A stretch of 64,000 bases of DNA from Neocallimastix sp. 'constans' (lineage: Eukaryota), in contig JBODTK010000148.1 of assembly GCA_050613775.1 (NCBI GenBank), positions 248,001 through 312,000 of the forward strand, read 5' to 3'. Shown here piece after piece: positions 14,971 to 29,724 of the stretch (its first letter is position 1; each line of letters opens with the position of its first letter). A program made the translations under genes and the position numbers. Below the pieces are notes generated by a model. It was not told where the DNA came from, did no database searches, and saw only the letters and a program-made list of their open reading frames with translations.

Positions 14971-15645
14971 TATATTTTATAAATTCTTCACTTTTATATA
15001 TATATATATGTATTATTTATATTTTTAATACATCATTTATTTATTCATCCATTCAGTCTTCTTACCTGTTTCACATCCAAAAGGTTTTGCCCTTCCCAAC
15101 CAATTATCTCGATGTAATTTCCATAATTTTTTAGTATTTTCACAGAGAAGAGTAAGGTCGGTATCATAGAGTTCCTGAAGTTTAACAAGGTCACCGGCTT
15201 TATAGGCTTCCTCTAACTTTTTCCGAAGGTTTACCTTTAAGGAAAGCACATAAGCCAACAGGACTGGAAATTCTAAATATTTATTTAAGGGATATTTATT
15301 TTCATCTGCTGTCATGGCTTGTTTTAAATTATTTGAAAGCTATTAATTAAAAAAAAATAAAAAATTAAAAATTTAAATTTATATATTTAATTATTATTAT
15401 TATTATTATTATTTTTATTTTTTTTTAAAGTAATATGAATTAAAAAAAAAAAAAAAAGTAGAATAAATAAATAGAAAACAATAGATAAGAAAATAGAAAT
15501 AATATATTGTAATATATTTATAAATGTATTTATTTTTTTTTTTATAATATTTAATAATTATAATATATATATATAATATATGAATAATAAAAAATGATAT
15601 GTTAATATTCATATTAGCATTTTAATGAAGAACAAAAAATATATA

Positions 15646-15708
<63 letters not shown>

Positions 15709-16372
15709 TAATAATATATATATATATATATATAATTTGTTTAATTATCATACTATTGAGCTTACCTCTAAATAATGTTTTTCAAGGTCAAACATTCTAT
15801 TTTAATTATAATTATTAGAATTATTATTATTATTATAAGAATATATATACATATAAATATATAAAAAGTACATATATAAAAAGAAGGAGAAAAAAAAATA
15901 GGTTAATATTTTTTTTTTAATTTTCTTTAATTTAAATAATCCCAACAATAATATATAAATATTTTTTAAAAACAAAACAAAAAAAAATAAAAAAAAAAAA
16001 ATTATTAAGCAAATGTATATTATATATATATATTGCTTTCTTTTTTTTTCCCATTTTTTTGTTTATTTATTTGTTAGTTTTTCATTTTTAACTTTACCCA
16101 TATTGAGGGGATAAGAAAGCATAAATAGGATCCATCCATAAAATCCACTTACTTGTATTAGGCTTATGATATGAAATTTTTTTATAAAAATATATAAAAA
16201 ATAAAACAATATATAAAATAAAATAATAACCAGTATAATATACAAATAAAATGTCATTTATTAATTTTCGTAATTGATTAAGATATTGATAATAATATAG
16301 AAATAAATAAATAAATAAAAAAAAAAAAAAAAAAAAAATTATATATATTAAATTTTTAAATTTTTAAATTTT

Positions 16373-16407
<35 letters not shown>

Positions 16408-16439
16408 ATATATATTAAATTTTTAAATTTTTAAATTTT

Positions 16440-16472
<33 letters not shown>

Positions 16473-17810
16473 TTACAGGGAAATAAAGTTTAGAATCGAC
16501 TGAGGAAGAAGGGGAAGGATAAGGGGAAGGAAGGATATGATCTAATTTACAAGCTTCCATCCAAGCGTCTAAATCACCACCACAGATAGCACCAAAAGTT
16601 GTTTTGATGGTATCAAGAGACACTACATGATTTGGAGTGTAACCATGTTCACCATACAGAATTAATCCAGGTAATAAGGAATACCTTATTTAATTATGGA
16701 AGATAAAACAAAATTGAAATATAAAAAATATATATATAAATATAAAATAAATAAATAAATAAAATAAAATTATAAAAATAAAATAATTTATATATATAAC
16801 AAATTGATTATTTAATATATATATTTTTTAATATAGTATTAATAGATAATTACATATCAAATTCATTTCCATCATCGCCCCTAATGAAAATTATTATAAA
16901 ATTGAATAATAAAGAAATATAGAAAAAGAGTGTTATATAAAAAAAAATTATTATTTAAATAATTAATAATTTTATTATAATATTAAAATATAGATAAATT
17001 GATTAATATTACTATCATAAATATGAATATAATAATCTATTATTTTTTTTATTTTTTATCTTAGTTTTTACTTTTTTATATTTTTCATATTTTTAATTCT
17101 ATAATATTTATTTATTCATTTATTTATTTCTTTATTTTTTCTATAGTGGAATACTTACCATATTGTAACAAAAGTATTTTTCACCCCTTCAGATTTTACG
17201 GCTTGAAGGGCTGCATTTCCAGAATGGAAAGAAAATGGAAGGGCGGCCCAAAAACGATTCCAAGTCCAGATACCTCCAGCAAACCAAGGTTCACAACCTA
17301 ACTCTCTATGATGTTTAATTTTATGAGAATAAAAATCGGTATTGACATGATAATCTTATTTAATTTAAAGGATAGTTAAGAAAAGAAGAGGATGAAAAAA
17401 AATTTTAAAAAAATATAAGAATGAATAAATAAATATATATATATGTATGTATATAATACAAAGAAAAATATAAAAAAAAGAATTAATAATATTTTAATAT
17501 TATATAATATTTTATACTATTTTTTTTTAAAAAAAAAAAAAAAAAAAAATTCCCCTAATTTATTTATTATAATCATAATCATAGTTAATAATTATTTATG
17601 ATTTATAATACAATTATTTATCATAATTATGTTAATAATAATAAAATTTTATATATTTATATTTATATATTTCTCTTTATATATATTTACAATCCCAATA
17701 AATTAAATTAACTTCAGGTGGAATTTTAAGAGCTTGTTCAGAGGACAATGGATTAGCATTATCATAGTAAACAGCTAATGAATTATTTTTACCAGCTATA
17801 ATATATATAT

Positions 17811-17842
<32 letters not shown>

Positions 17843-18737
17843 TAATAAAAATGAATTAGGATTACTAGGAATTTATAATTAAATAATTATTTTTTTTTTG
17901 TTTACCTAAACAGAAGAGCACTATTATATTGAATAAAAATTGGGAAAACAAAAACAAAGATAAAAAAAATAAAAAAAAAAATAAAATAAAATAAAATTAA
18001 ATAAATATATATTTAAAAATTCTTTATTTTATATTTTATTTTCTATATATATGTATATAATATATATTTTATTCTATCGATTAATCTATTAAATTCAGTT
18101 CAATTCATATTTTATTTTATTTCATTATATTATTTAATTTTATTTTAAAATTCTTACTATCCGACCAAATTAACGGGGTTTTCCCTAAATTTTTGCAGAT
18201 TTGAGAAACGCGTTGTAAATGTTCCAGAAATACTTGACTATTCTCCTTACGATTACCGAAAATTTGTCGATATCTTCCTTCGCCTAAACCATGAGCCTTT
18301 AAATTAAAGAAATATATATACATATATATAATATTATTATTTAAGTAAAAAATAAAATAAAACAAATATTTTTTGAAGTATATTTAAAAAAATATTATCA
18401 TATATCATATAGTATATTTAAAAAATAGTATAATATAAATATATATATATATATTTATATACCTCATCCATTCCAATATGAATTAATTTAGAACGGAAAG
18501 GTTTAGTGACAGTTCGAATCATTTTCTCTATCAATTGATATGTTTCTTCATATTCCACCAGAAGTACTTCCGAAGTACTATTCAAGTGAGTTTTTAAATA
18601 AAGCAATTAAATGAAGTGTCATAAATATATTAATAAATATAATATTTATATGTATATGTATATATGGAATAACAAGAATAATTCATAATAATAATAATAA
18701 TAATAATAATAATTAATAATAAAAATTAATAATAAGA

Positions 18738-18776
<39 letters not shown>

Positions 18777-19248
18777 TATAATAATAATATAAATAAATTA
18801 ATAAATTAAGATTATATATATATATATATATAAATATTAAAAATATAAAAAAAAAAAAAAAAAAAAGCTTTAGGAATTACTCTCTAACGTTAGCATAATA
18901 CGGCCACTATCAAAATTTAATTTAACATGTATACATGTGATTAAAATAGATATAAGAATATTTATTAATATATCAATATAATAATAATAATATATATATA
19001 TATAAAATAAAAAATTTATAATTATATTTTTTTTTTCTTTTAAACTTTTTAAATTTTATTTTTTCTTTTTTTTTTTTTTTACCTGCAAAATTTGTCCGAG
19101 GTGGCCTAACGTCTGAATACATGGGAAAACTTCAATTCCTCTATAAACAAAAATGGAAAAAAAAAATTTTTTTTTTTTTAATATATATATGTATATATTT
19201 AGAAAAATATATGTATATATTTAAAATATAAAAAATAAAATAAAATAA

Positions 19249-19314
<66 letters not shown>

Positions 19315-19325
19315 TAACAATATTT

Positions 19326-19364
<39 letters not shown>

Positions 19365-20001
19365 GTAATAACAATATTTTTAATAATAATAATAAATAAT
19401 TTTTTTTTTTTTAAATTTTTACAAGTTATAGGCATAATCATCGATCATAACCAATTCATCTTCAGTATAACCACCTCTCATATAACCAAAGAAAGGCTCA
19501 TTTTCAATCTTCATTTAATATATATATAATGATAAATTATGAGAAAGATGATTTAATTTTATTATATTATTTATGTAAATAAATTTAGATAGAAAATAAT
19601 AATAATTATAATAATAATAATAATATCATTATTATTATTGTTATTAAATAAATATAAGTATATAAAAATTAATAATATATTTAAATATACATATTTATAT
19701 AATTTTTTACCTTATAGGTATCTTCCGTATATAATTGGAAACAATTAATTCCTAAGAGAGCGCAAGTTCTTAATAAATAAAAGATGGTATCGATATTAGC
19801 AACACAACTTCGACTACAATCCACCATTGTTCTATTTAATATCAGATTTATTTTTTTTTTTAAAAAAAAAAAAGTATAATATAATAAATTAATATATGTT
19901 CATCTTATAAATCTTTATATCTTTATATTATTATTATATATCTTAAAAAATATTGTTTCATTTTATAATTAAAATTCATATTCATTAAAACTTTGAATTA
20001 T

Positions 20002-20050
<49 letters not shown>

Positions 20051-20931
20051 AAATAAAAAATAAAAAATAAAAAAATAAGAATATATATTATTTTTTTTTT
20101 TATTCTGTGTTGCCTTGTTTTATTATCCATTTTTATTATTTTCATTTTTATTAATTTTACTAATTTTCACTATTATTTTTTTATATATATTTTTACTCTT
20201 CTTTCTTTCTTCTTTTTTTTTATTCTTACCCTAAATGATGAAATTGTGCCATTTCCTCAAAATTTAAATAGGATTCCACCTCCCCCGATTTAAAGAGCTC
20301 TTCATCATGACTGATGATATATACAGATTTAAGAATTCTACCTAAGGCTCGAAATGCTATTTTTTTATTTTATATATATGATGTATATTATAATTCGTTG
20401 TGTTTTATTAAATATTTTTCTCATATTTATTTATTTTATTTTAATTTTACTTTTTTTTTTTTTTTTTTTTATTTTAATTTTAATTTAATTTTATTTTATT
20501 TTATTTTATTCTATCTTATTTTATTTTTAATTTAATTTTTTTTTTTTGTAAACTAATTAATAAAACAATTGATAATACTCTACCTTCAATTTTATTATAA
20601 TATTTAACAGTAATTTGTAAGCCTACTTCGTCTGAAGGAACTTCTCTAAAATTTGTGAAATTAGAATTCACGATTAGCTTTCCTCCTTCCAAATCATTAT
20701 CATGAATAAATCTATAAATAGAGTTAAAATTTAACAAATATAAAAATAGAAATAATTAAAAATTTTTAATAGATAATAATTTTTGTTTTGAATAGTAATA
20801 AAGATAACAAATAATTTAAGCATTAAAAAGTAGGGAAAAATAAATATAAATAACATTATTAATAATGAAATATTATGATATTTTATATTATTATAATAAG
20901 TATTATAATGAAATATAATATTTTTTATTGT

Positions 20932-20963
<32 letters not shown>

Positions 20964-21459
20964 CTTTAAAAACAAACAAATAAATAAATAAATAAAAATA
21001 AAAGTAAAAATAATAATAATAATATAAAATAATTTAAAAATAAAAAAAATAAAAATAAAATAAAATAAAAAAATTGAACTTTTATATTAAATTTTACTTT
21101 ATTCTCCATTGATTATCATAAACCAGAGTAGTTTGGTGGTCTTTGTTGTTGTTGAGGTTGTTGAGGTGAAGATCAAGATCACTATCGATGATACTGGAAC
21201 GAGTTTTAAAATTTTGATGAATATAATGTTGAGCGATTTCATTTAGGCCATCTGCAATATCCTCTGGATAATCCTCTGCCACCAGTAGAATAGGAATTTT
21301 TTTATTATCATTTTCTATGGTGACAGTAGAAGTGGTGTTTGAGGGGGTGACAAGTGTGGTAGCAGTGGAGGAAGGAACGATAGTGACGGTGGGATCATTC
21401 CCTTTAAAATATTTATAAAAAGTTCGCTTTATGCTGCGAAGTCTTTGTTTTCGAGGCAA
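14337..21459 (-). CDS. Glycoside hydrolase family 20 beta-N-acetylhexosaminidase (GcnA-like), about 19 exons; true start codon unresolved
   Basis: Spliced motifs GTMVDCSRS, QLYTEDTYK, FFGYMRGGY, IQTLGHL, catalytic IHIGMDE|AHGLG, IWSD|M, YWDYY, GGIWTW and W|GDDGNE, ending RAATPSRAFGAG*. Introns are GT-AG and phase-consistent where checked. Confidence 0.92.
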
Positions 21460-24400
21460 CTTTATATTATGGTATATTTAAAAAAAATAATAAAAAAAAA
21501 AAAATTTAAAACAAAAATAATGATAAAAAAAAAAAAAAAAAAAGCGCTCTATATTATCAATTATTAATTAAAAGAGTACAATAAAGTTTCAGTAGACAAA
21601 ACATCAAATATAATTTATATAAATGATATTAAAAAAAAAAAAAAAGTATATATATATAAAGGTTTATTAGTATTTGACTTAATATAGTATATATATGAAG
21701 AATATAAAAAAAAAAAAAAAAAATAAAATAAAATAAAACAATAAATATAATATCATTTATAATTATCATTATTATTAACAATAAATTAAATTTATATTTT
21801 TTTAAACAATAAAATTAAAAATTATCATTATTTGAACAAAATTAAACTAATTTTTTTCAATATTAGAATAAATAAAAATAAAAAATAAAATATATGTAAT
21901 ATTTGAAAAATACAATAGTTATTATTTTCTATAATTTTATGATTTAATACTATTTTATTATGTTATTCTTAATAATGTAATACCAAATTACTAAATATTA
22001 TGATATTAAGAATCTTATAAAAAAAAATAATACTAATTTTAAAATATTAATATAAGATTAGTATTTTTAATATTAATTGTATGTTCATTATTATGATTAA
22101 TTCCTTATATATATAAATATTAATAAATATACAATATAAAATAAATTATATATACATATATATAAAAAATCAAAAAAAAAAAAAAAAGTTGTCAATTACA
22201 ATAGGTATAAGTTTGGTTCAGATATATGATAGGAATAGTTTTCTTTTTTATACTATTAAAAAAAAAAAAAAAGAAATGAATTGTTAATTGTATAAATAAG
22301 TTTATGTATTTTTTGGTTTGTTGCAATAAAATATGTATGTATATAAATATGGTATAATAGTATATTATATTAGATATGAAATGACAATAAAAAAGATTGT
22401 AAAATAAAAACTTTGATTTAATATATATATATATTATTATTATAAATAAATTTATTATTATAATAATATAAAATGATTAGGAAAAAAAGTATTTTTTTTT
22501 TTTTCTATCTTAAATTAAATTATGTAATTTCTTATTTTATTCCTATTAATAATAATAATAATAATAATAAAAGTTTTTTTAAATAGATAATAAAATAAAT
22601 TATTTTTTTTATTTAAATTTTTTAAAAAATGAAATTTTTTAAAAAAATATAATTAAAAAAAAGAAAAAAGTTTTTATTTTTCTTTTAAAAGAGCATATAA
22701 ATTTGTTAATGTTCCTTAATTTAATACTAAAATTCCTTTTTTTGTTTTAACTTTTCAAAAGTTAAATTTATAAAACTTAAAAGAAAAGAAAATAATAAAT
22801 TACTAGATAATATAAATAGTATTACATGTTTTATATTACTTTTAAAATATTAATTTCTTTTCTTTTTTTTTTTTCTATTTATTATATTATAATAATAATA
22901 ATAAGTCTTTATTTGCTATCTTTTTTTTTTTTTTCCTCTTTTCTTTTTTTTTTTTTTTTTATTTTCAATTTTAAATTTTAATTTTTTTTTTTTTTTTAAT
23001 TTTTTTTTAAAAAAAAAAATTTAATAAATTCTTTGTAAAACACATATTAAAAAAAAATATTATTTAAACTTTAAAATATAATCACTTTTATTTTAATTAA
23101 TTAAAAAATATGATTATTATATAAAAAAATAAAAATAATTAAAATAATATAATAAAATATAAAATATCAATTTATTATAATTAATTTTTTTTTTTTTAAT
23201 TAATAGGATAAATTAGCATATTAATAAAAAAATAAAAAAAAAAAAAAAAAAGTTCATTAAATTCAAATATTCTAATAATTTTAAAAAATATAATTTAAAT
23301 CTTATATTAAAATAAAAAAAATATTATTATAATATATCCTAATTAATAATATAAGAATAAAAATATTAATTTTTAATATAAGTTAACTTGGATTTACTTT
23401 AAATGTGATATAATTTAACAATATGTTGTACTAATTATAATGGAAATATATGTGCGTGTTATAATAAAATATTAATTTTATTTCTTTCATATCATTTACC
23501 ATAATTCAATTGATTGATAATCATTAAATCAATTGGGAAAAAATAATACTATGATTTTTAATTGAAATCTTCAAAAAAAAAAAAAAAAAAAAACTACTTT
23601 TAAATTCTTCTATTTTCTATTTAATATTTATAATTCATTTTACTATAAAAAAAATTTTTTTTTTTAACTCTTTATCATAATTAACAATATTAAAAATATT
23701 CCTATAATAATACTAATATTATTATATATTATACAATAAAAAGTACTAATAATTAAATTATTTAAAAAGGAATAACAATAACAATAGTAATATTATTATT
23801 ATTATTATTATTATAATTAAAAGTAAATTGAACTAAATTCAATTTATTCTTTAAAAAAAAAAAACTAAAAACGAATTCCTACTTTTAATTATATTTAAAC
23901 TAGAATGAATGGGAATATTTTTCTTCTCTTTCTTTTTTTTTTTATTTTTTTTTTTTTTATTTTTATTTTTTTTTTTTTATTTGCTTTTAATTTAGGTGAT
24001 ATAAAAATGATCACCACTTAAATTTTTTTTTTGTTCATTTTTTATTAAGTTTTTTTCTTATTTGAATTAATATTGAATGTTTTTGTTTTTGTTTTTGTTT
24101 TTCTGTTCTATTGTTATTATTAGTTTTTATTTTAATTATGTTTACCTAGCCTATAATATGTATTTTTATACTAATAAAAAATATCTTACTTTTAAAAAAA
24201 AAAAAGAACTATTCATATATATAAATAAATTTTAATAATAATAACAAAATAAACGGAGGGAAAAGGGTAAAAAAATTATTTTAATTGGTTGTATATTTTT
24301 TAAATAAAAATTTATTTGCTTTATTATTTTTTATAAAAAAATAATAATAAATAAATAAAAGTAAAAATAAAAAAAAAAAACTTTTTATTAAGTCTTCTTT

Positions 24401-24691
24401 TTTTTTTTTTTACAATTTTTCTTTTCTTTTTTTTTTTTTTTTTTTTTTTTGGTAATAGAATTAAATACAAACGTGTTTATAAAAAACTATAAAAAATATA
24501 TATATTTAATTAAAATCTTATTTTTTATACATAATTTTTTTATAATATTATTATATAGTTATTTGCATAGGATATGAGATTGATTCAAAAAAAAATTAGG
24601 ATAAAAAATATTTTTTTTTCTCCTACTTTTTTTTATATAAAAAAAAATATCTAATTTAAATTAAATATTATTTAATAAGTTTATAGGCAAT

Positions 24692-26120
24692 TTAACTTGG
24701 TGGGAGGACAGAAAGATCAACAGCTGATTCTTCTTCTTCTTCTTCAACTTCTTCATAAATACCATCAACTGGAGTTCTTGGCATAGCCATCATACCTATT
24801 AGAATAATAAATAAAATTTAATTATTATAAGTATTTAATTTCATACCTTAAAATTAATATTATATAAACTATACTAAAATATTTTTATTCTATATTACTA
24901 ATAAAAAGCGAATAATGAAAAAAAAAATTTATAATTATAATCTCAAAAATATCTTTTTAAAAAATAATAATAATAAAATAATTACCAGAACGAGAAGCTT
25001 CAATAATACCATATGGTCTTAAAAGTTTAATGAAGGAATCAACTCTTTCAGATTTAGCAGATAATTGAATTAAAACACTTTCATTTGAGATATCAATGAT
25101 CTTAGCACCAAATTGGTTAGATAAAGCAGTAATAGCAACACGTTGTAATGAACTGTCAAGAAGTGGGGAAATACCATTGTTACTCTTTTCCTTATTAGCA
25201 TTAGCTTCACTTTCTTCACCAGCTAAATCTTCAGAAACGTGTGGTGGAATAGTTGAAACCTTAATAAGTAAAAGTTCTCTTTCAATTACTTTAGTATTAG
25301 TGTAATCTAAAACAGCCCAAACTGGAACAAGATCTTCAACTTGACGACGACATTGTTCAATAGAATCAGCTTGACCTTTTACAACAATAGTCATACGACT
25401 TAAATCTGGAACTTCAGTCTTGGCAACAACAAGACTATCAATGTTGAAACCTCTACCAGCTAAAATACCAGAAACTCTGGATAAAACACCTGGTTCGTTA
25501 GTAACTAAACAGTTAAGAACATGACGAGTTACTGGAGCATTGGATGGGACTGGAGTGTTATATAAAATGTTGTTAACAGCTTCTTGGGCACTTGGTGGTG
25601 GTTGAATTTCAACAAGAGGAGTCTTTCTTCTACGACGGGTACCTAAGTTCTTTGGAGTACTAGAAATACTAGCAGCTGGTACAACAGATCTTAATAACTA
25701 ATAAATAGATAAATATATATAAATAAAACAAACCTTATAAATAATTTATTTTTTTATTTTAAATTATAACAATTAATTTATATAATATATAACATATAAT
25801 AGCAAATATCTATGTACAAAAATAAATGTAATGATATTAATAAATAAAAATATTCATTATATCTTCAATTTTCTAATAATTTTATTTTATTATAAGTTAC
25901 TAATACAATAAATTTTATTGATAACTTATTGTATTGTTATCACCAATATTCAATATTATTAAAATATCCTGTAGACTTATAAAGGATTTTTTTTATTGAA
26001 TATCAATAAAAAAATACTTTTTCTGACGTTGATATTTGTTATTATATGTATACTAAAAAATAAAACACTTACATTGGAAGTAAGGGAAGAAGTTAATTTC
26101 TTAGAGAGAGTAGATAACAT
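24692..26120 (-). CDS. ILV6: Acetolactate synthase regulatory (small) subunit. Exons 26120-26073, 25697-24986, 24795-24692
   Basis: ACT domain HVLNCLVTNEPGVLSRVSGILAGRGFNIDSLVV...LSRMTIV, then LVPVWAVLDY and EASRSG|MMAMPRTP, ending LPPS*. Confidence 0.96.
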
Positions 26121-29100
26121 CTTAATATATATAAAATTTCCTTTTCTTTTATTCTATATTACTTTATTACTGTTATAATTAAAATAGCAATTATTATAAT
26201 TATTATAATAAAAAAAAATAATATATATAATAAAAAATTAAAATAACATTAGTATGAGAATATTTGAAAAAAGTTGATTTGAATACTTTCTATGTAATTT
26301 CAGGTTTTATTTCTTATTTTTTTTTCTTTTTTTTTTTAATATTTGTTTATAGTTTATTATTATTTTAATATTTCCAAAAATTTCCATTATATACAATTAA
26401 AAATAAATGACTTTGTTATTTAGCATATATTCAGTTATTATCATATTTATACATATATATATATTAAAATATTAAATTTTCTATTATCTTATGTAAAAAG
26501 ATGAACATAAGATTAGTTAAATAATCTTTAACAAATCAAATTTTTATTGATTACTCTATTAAAATTTATCCATTTTCATATTTTTATTCCCTTACATAAA
26601 CACCCTCATATACTCCATAATAATATATTTATAATTTTTTATAATATTTCTATCCTAAATTACTTACTTTAAAACTTTAAATAAATAAATCTAAATTTAT
26701 CTGTAAATATAATCTATTACTAAAAGAAAACTTGAAGAAAAAAAAAAGAAGTGAAAAAAAAATTATTTTTATAAATAAATGTTAAATCAGAAATCTAAAA
26801 AAACATACATTATATATTATATATTATATATATTTTACATGTATATATTCATTAATTTATATCAATATATACTAATATATTCAATTATATAGTAAATATA
26901 TATTATATAATAATTCAATCCATCAATATTTCAAAATAAATATTGATTATTCATATAATTCAAATATAATACTAATACATATTAATTAAAAAAAAAATTT
27001 AAGATTTTTTATTCTTTTGTTGTATTTCATATAATTTTATTGAATTTTACTGATGGATTTAATTGAAATAAATTGAATAATATATGAATATGTATATTAA
27101 GAGATTACACTAATATATTATTAATTTAATAATATATACTAATTACCATTATACATAAATAGGAAGGACGATGATATTAAATAAATTAATTTAGATATAT
27201 GGACCATATATATTAAATAAATACTATATCAAATTATTTAAAGTTTTATTTATTAAAGTTAATTATTGAATATTGAATACTGAATATTATTCATTAAATA
27301 ATAAATATTTAATAGTAATTATTTAATATTGAATACTATTAATTATATAATAAATATGAAATAGTAATTAGTAAATAATAATTATTTATTATTTATTATT
27401 TATTAATTAGTAAATATTAATAATTAAAGTATACCAGTTTTTTTTTTTTTTGGATTATTAAAAATATTATAGAATGAATAATTTATTACATAGTTCAAAT
27501 ATTAACATTGAGTTATATAATAACTTTTTATATATATATATATTTTTTTATATTTTTTTAATTATAAACTTTCCTATTTTCATATTTGAACCTCATAATA
27601 TTATCAACTAATTAATATTTATCTCTTTTTTTTTTTTCTTTCATCAACATCAATAGTTTTAAAAAATTTTTTTTTTGATTTCTTTTAACTTTTTTTTTTA
27701 CTTTTTTGCTAAAATAATGTTGATACATCATAGATATCACCAATAAAAAATGATCATTTATGATAAGATCACTAAAATTATGTATTTGATCATGTGATTC
27801 ATTTCCATCAGTAAGAAGAAAAACTTTGAAATTGAAAGTCTAAAGAAAATCAACCAATAAAAACAGAGACAAAGAAAATAGCTCCAATTTATTAATAATG
27901 AAGAATTTAATTAAAATATAATATATAATACATGTATAATAATAATTTATTACAATATATGGAAGTTTATATTCCGTTCCTCAAATCAATTCTTAAATTC
28001 CATACAAAATAAAGAAAAAAGAAAGAAAATAAAGAAAATGTGAATAGAAAAGAAATAAAATAAAAATATATATATATAAAATAAATATTAAAAAAGAAAA
28101 AAAAAAAAAGTCATAATTATATTACATAAAAACAAAACAAGAACAAAAGGCTCATAAAACTAAAAGGCTTTTACAACTTTTTATTGTGTGGAATAGAATA
28201 AAAAATAAAAATGATGTGATTTATATAATTTGAAATAGTTAAAAAAAAAATAAAAAATAATAAGTAATAAAATGATATGTATTAATAAATTACTATCTAA
28301 ATTTCTTTACTAAATAGAAAAAAAAGATTAATTCAAATTTTTTTAAATACTTGACTTTTAAAGCTAAAACTATTTTTAATAAAATAATTAAATATTATTT
28401 TTTATTTTATTTATTTATTTATATATATTCATATTTATTTATTTTAGTTTTATATGTTTATTTTTTAATTTAAAAAAAAATATATTAATAATAAAGAAAA
28501 TCTTTTTTTTTTTTATTATTATTTATTTGATTATTAATACCCATAATTAAAAGGATCTTAATTAGTATTCAATATATTTATTTTCAAGTTAAAATAATAT
28601 TAAATATCAATTTTTACAATGATGATATTTAATAAGTATTAAATGTCAACTATATAAAAAATATTTTATATTATTAATAAATGTTATTATCATTAAATAT
28701 TATATATCTTTAAATATTATATATTATTAAATAGTGTTATTAATTAATGTTCGTTTTATTATTATAAATTTAAAAATAATAATAAATATTTGATGCAAAA
28801 AGAGTTTTTTTTTATGATTTAATTTTCATTTTTTTTTTTTTTTTTTTTTTTATTTTAATTAATGAAGTATTCTAATTTTAGTATATTTCGACTTAACTGT
28901 AACACTTTACATCACACATCAACAAAAAAAAATTCCATTTAACACCATTAAATTAAAAAATAAAAAAAAAAATTAAAATTAATTAATAATAACTTTTGAA
29001 CAGAAATATCACTTTTTTTTTTTTTTATTTTTTTAAATCTTCACTTTATATATATATAATTTTAATTAAATGGTTAAAGTCTGAATAAATATTACTTTTA

Positions 29101-29724
29101 TAATCATTTTCTTTTATTATTTTTTTGGATTTTCTATTCTTTCGTTTTTATTTTTATTTTTATTTTTATTTTTGTTTGTTTATTCTCAAAGCATGGAAAA
29201 ATAAAAATAAAAGATAATAATTAAATTTAAATTCATCCACAAATATGAACTACTCATATTAAAAAAAAGCCATAAAAAATGTAAAAAAAGCCATCATTGA
29301 ATTATTACCAAATTATTAAATTTAGCAAGAAGTACTAAACAAACTTTTTTCATCTTCTTTATATATTAAAATATTTAGTGTGTATATCATAATTATTATT
29401 AATTATTATTTAATTATTTATTATTCATTATTTATTATTTATTATTAATAAATACTCTTTCTATTATTATTCAATTATTTATTATTTATTATTTATTATT
29501 TATTATTTATTATTTATTATTTATTATTAATTATTTATTATTTATTATTTATTATTTATTATTTATTATTTATTATTTATTATTTATTATTTATTATTTA
29601 TTATTTATTATTTATTATTATTATTTATTATTTATTATTTATTATTTACTATATATTATTTACTATTTATTATATTTATTATTTATTATTCATTTATTTA
29701 TTAATAGTGATTAATAGTAAATAT

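Noticed and set aside
16318..16470. Tandem duplication of about 65 bp in a GH20 intron; also a triple ~30-bp repeat at 47645-47795
   Set aside because: Ordinary slippage or an assembly artefact, with no functional evidence.
27700..27900. Minus-strand KVFLLTDG resembling a VWA motif
   Set aside because: Too short and interrupted to support a call.
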